Assembly (NCBI GenBank): GCA_964016885.1 | Contig: OZ024744.1 | Span: 123,070,001 to 123,134,000 of the forward strand | Reading direction: 5' to 3' | DNA from: Eledone cirrhosa | Lineage: Eukaryota | Length of the DNA: 64,000 nt | Part shown: one piece after another, positions 58,201-64,000 of the stretch | Layout: the number at the start of each line of letters is the position of its first letter | How positions within the stretch are numbered: position 1 is the first letter of the stretch | Made by a program: the position numbers and the translations under genes | Notes under the pieces: generated by a model | What the model saw: the letters and a program-made list of their open reading frames with translations, nothing else | Databases searched by the model: none | Told to the model about the DNA's origin: nothing

Positions 58201-61200
58201 GACTAAATATAGTCAGTGTTAACAGACACTGGTACTAAATATAGTCAGTGTTAACAGACACTGGTACTAGGACTAAATATAGTCACTGTTAACAGACACT
58301 GGTACTAGGACTAAATATAGTCAGTGTTAACAGACACTGGTACTAGGACTAAATATAGTCACTGTTAACAGACACTGGTACTAGGACTAAATATAGTCAC
58401 TGTTAAGAGATACTGTTACTAGGACTAACTACATTCAGTGTTAACAGAGACTGGTACTAGGACTAAATCTACTCAGTGTTAACAGACACTGGTACTAAAT
58501 ATAGTCACTGTTAACAGACACTGGTACTAGGACTAAATATAGTCACTGTTAACAGACACTGGTACTAGGACTAAATATAGTCAGTGTTAACAGACTGGGA
58601 CTAGGACTAACCATAGTCAGTGTTAATAGTTACTGGTACTAGGACTAACTACAGTCATTGTTAACACACACTGGTACTAGGACTATCTATAGTCAGTGTT
58701 AACAGACTCTGGTACTAGGACTAAATATAGTCAGTGTTAACAGACACTGGTACTAGGACTAACTATAGTCAGTGTTAACAGACCCAGGTACTAGGACTAA
58801 CTACCGTCAGTGTTAACAGACACTGGTACTAGGAATAACTACAGTCAATGTTAACAGACACTGGTACTAGGACTAAATCTACTCAGTGTTAACAGACACT
58901 GGTACTAAATATAGTCACTGTTAACAGACACTGATACTAGGACTAAATATAGTCACTGTTAACAGACACTGGTACTAGGACTAAATATAGTCAGTGTTAA
59001 CAGACACTGGTACTAGGACTAATTATAGTCACTGTTAACAGACACTGGTACTAGGACTAATTATAGTCACTGTTAACAGACACTGGCACTAGTACTAAAT
59101 ATAGTCACTGTTAACAGACGCTGGTACTAGGACTAACTATAGTCAGTGTTAACAGACACTGGTACTAGTACTAAATATAGTCACTGTTAACAGACACTGG
59201 TACTAGTACTAATTATAGTCACTGTTAACAGACACAGGTACTAGGACTAAATATAGTCACTGTTAACAGACACTGGTACTAGGACTAAATATAATCACTG
59301 TTAACAGACACTTGTACTAGGACTAACTACAGTCACTGTTAACAGACACTGGTACTAGGACTAAATATAGTCAGTGTTAACAGACACTGGTATTAGGACT
59401 AAATATAGTCACTGTTAACAGACACTGGTACTAGGACTAAATATAGTCAATGTTAACAGACACTGGTATTAGGACTAAATATAGTCAATGTTAACAGACA
59501 CTGGTACTAGGGCTAACTACAGTCACTGTTAACAGACACTGGTACTAGGACTAAATATAGTCAGTGTTAACAGACACTGGTACTAGGACTAATTATAGTC
59601 ACTGTTAACAGGCACTGGTACTAGGACTAAATATAGTCACTGTTAACAGACACTGGTACTAGGACTAAATATAGTCAGTGTTAACAGATGCTGGTACTAG
59701 GACTAAATATAGTCATTGTTAACAGACACTGGTACTAGGACTAAATATAGTCACTGTTAACAGACACTGGTACTAGGACTAAACATATTCACTGTTAACA
59801 GATACTGGTACTAGGACTAAATATAGTCAGTGTTAACAGACACTAGTACTAAATATAGTCAGTGTTAACAGACACTGGTACTAGTACTAAATATAGTCAC
59901 TGTTAACAGACACTGGTACTAGGACTAAACATAATCACTGTTAACAGACACTGGTACTAGGACTAAACATAATCACTGTTAACAGAGACTGGTAGTAGGA
60001 CTAACTATAGTCAGTGTTTACGTTTACTGGTACTAGGACTACCTATAATCACTGTTAACAGACACTCGTACTAGGACCAAATAATCACTGTTAACAGACA
60101 CTAGTACTAGGACTAACTATAGTCAGTGTTAACAGACCCAGGTACTAGGACTAACTACAGTCAGTGTTAACAGACACTGGTACTATGGCCAAATATAGTC
60201 AGTGTTAACAGACACAGGTACTAGGACAAACTACAGTCACTATTAACAGACACTGGTACTAGGGCTAAATATAGTCTGTGTTAACAGACACATGTACTAG
60301 GACTAGATATAATCACTGTTAACAGAGACTGGTACTAGGACTAAATCTACTCAGTGTTAACAGACACTGGTACTAGGAATAATTCTACTCAGTTTTACCA
60401 GACACTGGTACTAGGACTAAATATAGTCAGTGTTAACAGACACTGGTACTAAATATAGTCACTGTTAACAGACACTGGTACTAGGACTAAATATAGTCAC
60501 TGTTAACAGACACTGGTACTAGGACTAGATATAGTCAGTGTTAACAGTCACTGGTACTAGTACTAAATATAGTCACTGTTAACAGACACTGGTACTAGGA
60601 CTAAATATAGTCAGTGTTAACAGACACTGGTACTAGGACTAAATATAGTCACTGTTAACAGACACTGGTACTAGGACTAAATATAGTCACTGTTAAGAGA
60701 TACTGTTACTAGGACTAACTACATTCAGTGTTAACAGAGACTGGTACTAGGACTAAATCTACTCAGTGTTAACAGACACTGGTCCTAAATATAGTCACTG
60801 TTAACAGACACTGGTACTAGGACTAAATATAGTCACTGTTAACAGACACTGGTACTAGGACTAAATATAGTCAGTGTTAACAGACTGGGACTAGGACTAA
60901 CCATAGTCAGTGTTAATAGATACTGGTACTAGGACTAACTACAGTCATTGTTAACACACACTGGTATTAGGACTATCTATAGTCGGTGTTAACAGACTCT
61001 GGTACTAGGACTAAATATAGTCAGTGTTAACAGACACTGGTACTAGGACTAACTATAGTCAGTGTTAACAGACCCAGGTACTAGGACTACCGTCAGTGTT
61101 AACAGACACTGGTACTAGGAATAACTACAGTCAATGTTAACAGACACTGGTACTAGGACTAAATCTACTCAGTGTTAACAGACACTGGTACTAAATATAG

Positions 61201-64000
61201 TCACTGTTAACAGACACTGGTACTAGGACTAAATATAGTCAGTGTTAACAGATGCTGGTACTAGGACTAAATATAGTCATTGTTAACAGACACTGGTACT
61301 AGGACTAAATACAGTCACTGTTAACAGACACTGGTACTAGGACTAAACATATTCACTGTTAACAGATACTGGTAATAGGACTAAATATAGTCAGTGTTAA
61401 CAGACACTAGTACTAAATATAGTCAGTGTTAACAGACACTGGTACTAGTACTAAATATAGTCACTGTTAACAGACACTGGTACTAGGACTAACCATAATC
61501 ACTGTTAACAGATACTGGTAGTAGGACTAAATATAGGCAGTGTTAACAGACACTGGTACTAGGACTAAACATAATCAATGTTAACAGAGACTGGTAGTAG
61601 GACTAACTATAGTCAGTGTTTACGTTTACTGGTACTAGGACTACCTATAATCACTGTTAACAGACACTCGTACTAGGACCAACTAATCACGGTTAACAGG
61701 CACTAGTACTAGGACTAACTATAGTCAGTGTTAACAGACCCAGGTACTAGGACTAACTACAGTCAGTGTTAACAGACCCAGGTACTAGGACTAACTACAG
61801 TCAGTGTTAACAGACACTGGTACTATGGCCAAATATAGTCAGTGTTAACAGACACAGGTACTACGACTAACTACAGTCACTATTAACAGACACTGGTACT
61901 AGGGCTAAATATAGTCTGTGTTAACAGACACATGTACTAGGACTAGATATAATCACTGTTAATAGAGACTGGTACTAGGACTAAATCTACTCAGTGTTAA
62001 CAGACACTGGTACTAGGAATAATTTTACTCAGTTTTACCAGACACTGGTACTAGGACTAAATATAGTCAGTGTTAACAGACACTGGTACTAAATATAGTC
62101 ACTGTTAACAGACACTGGTACTAGGACTAAATATAGTCACTGTTAACAGACACTGGTACTAGGACTAGATATAGTCAGTGTTAACAGTCACTGGTACTAG
62201 TACTAAATATAGTCACTGTTAACAGACACTGGTACTAGGACTAAATATAGTCAGTGTTAACAGACACTGGTACTAGGACTAAATATAGTCACTGTTAACA
62301 GACACTGGTACTAGGACTAAATATAGTCACTGTTAAGAGATACTGTTACTAGGACTAACTACATTCAGTGTTAACAGAGACTGGTACTAGGTCTAAATCT
62401 ACTCAGTGTTAACAGACACTGGTACTAAATATAGTCATTGTTAACAGACACTGGTACTAGGACTAAATATAGTCACTGTTAACAGACACTGGTACTAGGA
62501 CTAAATATAGTCAGTGTTAACAGACTGGGACTAGGACTAACTATAGTCAGTGTTAATAGATACTGGTACTAGGACTAACTACAGTCATTGTTAACACACA
62601 CTGGTATTAGGACTATCTATAGTCAGTGTTAACAGACTCTGGTACTAGGACTAAATATAGTCAGTGTTAACAGACACTGGTACTAGGACTAACTATAGTC
62701 ACTGTTAACAGACACTGGTACTAGGACTAAATATAGTCACTGTTAACAGACACTGGTACTAGGACTAAATATAGTCAGTGTTAACAGACTGGGACTAGGA
62801 CTAACCATAGTCAGTGTTAATAGTTACTGGTACTAGGACTAACTACAGTCATTGTTAACACACACTGGTACTAGGACTATCTATAGTCAGTGTTAACAGA
62901 CTCTGGTACTAGGACTAAATATAGTCAGTGTTAACAGACACTGGTACTAGGACTAACTATAGTCAGTGTTAACAGACCCAGGTACTAGGACTAACTACCG
63001 TCAGTGTTAACAGACACTGGTACTAGGAATAACTACAGTCAATGTTAACAGACACTGGTACTAGGACTAAATCTACTCAGTGTTAACAGACACTGGTACT
63101 AAATATAGTCACTGTTAACAGACACTGGTACTAGGACTAAATATAGTCACTGTTAACAGACACTGGTACTAGGACTAAATATAGTCAGTGTTAACAGACA
63201 CTGGTACTAGGACTAATTATAGTCACTGTTAACAGACACTGGTACTAGGACTAATTATAGTCACTGTTAACAGACACTGGCACTAGTACTAAATATAGTC
63301 ACTGTTAACAGACGCTGGTACTAGGACTAACTATAGTCAGTGTTAACAGACACTGGTACTAGTACTAAATATAGTCACTGTTAACAGACACTGGTACTAG
63401 TACTAATTATAGTCACTGTTAACAGACACAGGTACTAGGACTAAATATAGTCACTGTTAACAGACACTGGTACTAGGACTAAATATAATCACTGTTAACA
63501 GACACTTGTACTAGGACTAACTACAGTCACTGTTAACAGACACTGGTACTAGGACTAAATATAGTCAGTGTTAACAGACACTGGTATTAGGACTAAATAT
63601 AGTCACTGTTAACAGACACTGGTACTAGGACTAAATATAGTCAATGTTAACAGACACTGGTATTAGGACTAAATATAGTCAATGTTAACAGACACTGGTA
63701 CTAGGGCTAACTACAGTCACTGTTAACAGACACTGGTACTAGGACTAAATATAGTCAGTGTTAACAGACACTGGTACTAGGACTAATTATAGTCACTGTT
63801 AACAGGCACTGGTACTAGGACTAAATATAGTCACTGTTAACAGACACTGGTACTAGGACTAAATATAGTCAGTGTTAACAGATGCTGGTACTAGGACTAA
63901 ATATAGTCATTGTTAACAGACACTGGTACTAGGACTAAATATAGTCACTGTTAACAGACACTGGTACTAGGACTAAACATATTCACTGTTAACAGATACT
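55241..64000. repeat. 38-bp satellite (CACTGGTACTAGGACTAAATATAGTCA[G/C]TGTTAACAGA)n, ~230 monomers, runs off the right edge
   Basis: Read directly. Stop codons are frequent and the ORF track has no ORF >=60 aa within the array. Recurrent 32-bp deletion monomers are present. Confidence 0.98.

Noticed and set aside
15520-64000. 38 = 2 x 19, and 152 bp as a common multiple of 8, 19 and 38 (nucleosome-scale period or shared ancestry)
   Set aside because: The two halves of the 38-mer do not align convincingly with each other or with the 19-mer beyond ACTG(G)TACT and AATATA. No 152-bp periodicity of variants was seen, so this is probably a numerical coincidence.

Overview
Eukaryotic, satellite-dominated window. 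It is most likely cephalopod (Octopus-like), judging from recognisable CORE-type SINE remnants and dense TA/TACA microsatellites. About 60 of the 64 kb consist of four different tandem arrays: a 48-bp satellite (1-15.5 kb), a 19-bp satellite (15.5-17.3 kb, ending at a 200-N gap), an 8-bp (ACCAACAT)n satellite (21.4-55.2 kb) and a palindrome-rich 38-bp satellite (55.2-64 kb). The 48-, 8- and 38-bp arrays carry nested kb-scale higher-order duplications. The supplied ORFs are almost all repeat artefacts and none is a credible protein. The only real gene signal is missed by the ORF track. It is a 52-nt minus-strand first coding exon of a Rab35-type GTPase (MANEYDHLFKLLIIGDS, 19927-19876) with canonical splice sites, inside a ~4-kb island between the satellites. 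Its last exonic base is A where Rab35 needs G for the P-loop Gly18, a candidate restorative A-to-I recoding site. No second exon is visible, which implies either a giant satellite-filled intron or a mis-join at the gap. The intron also holds a ~400-bp internally deleted RTE-like element that retains a C2H2 zinc finger.
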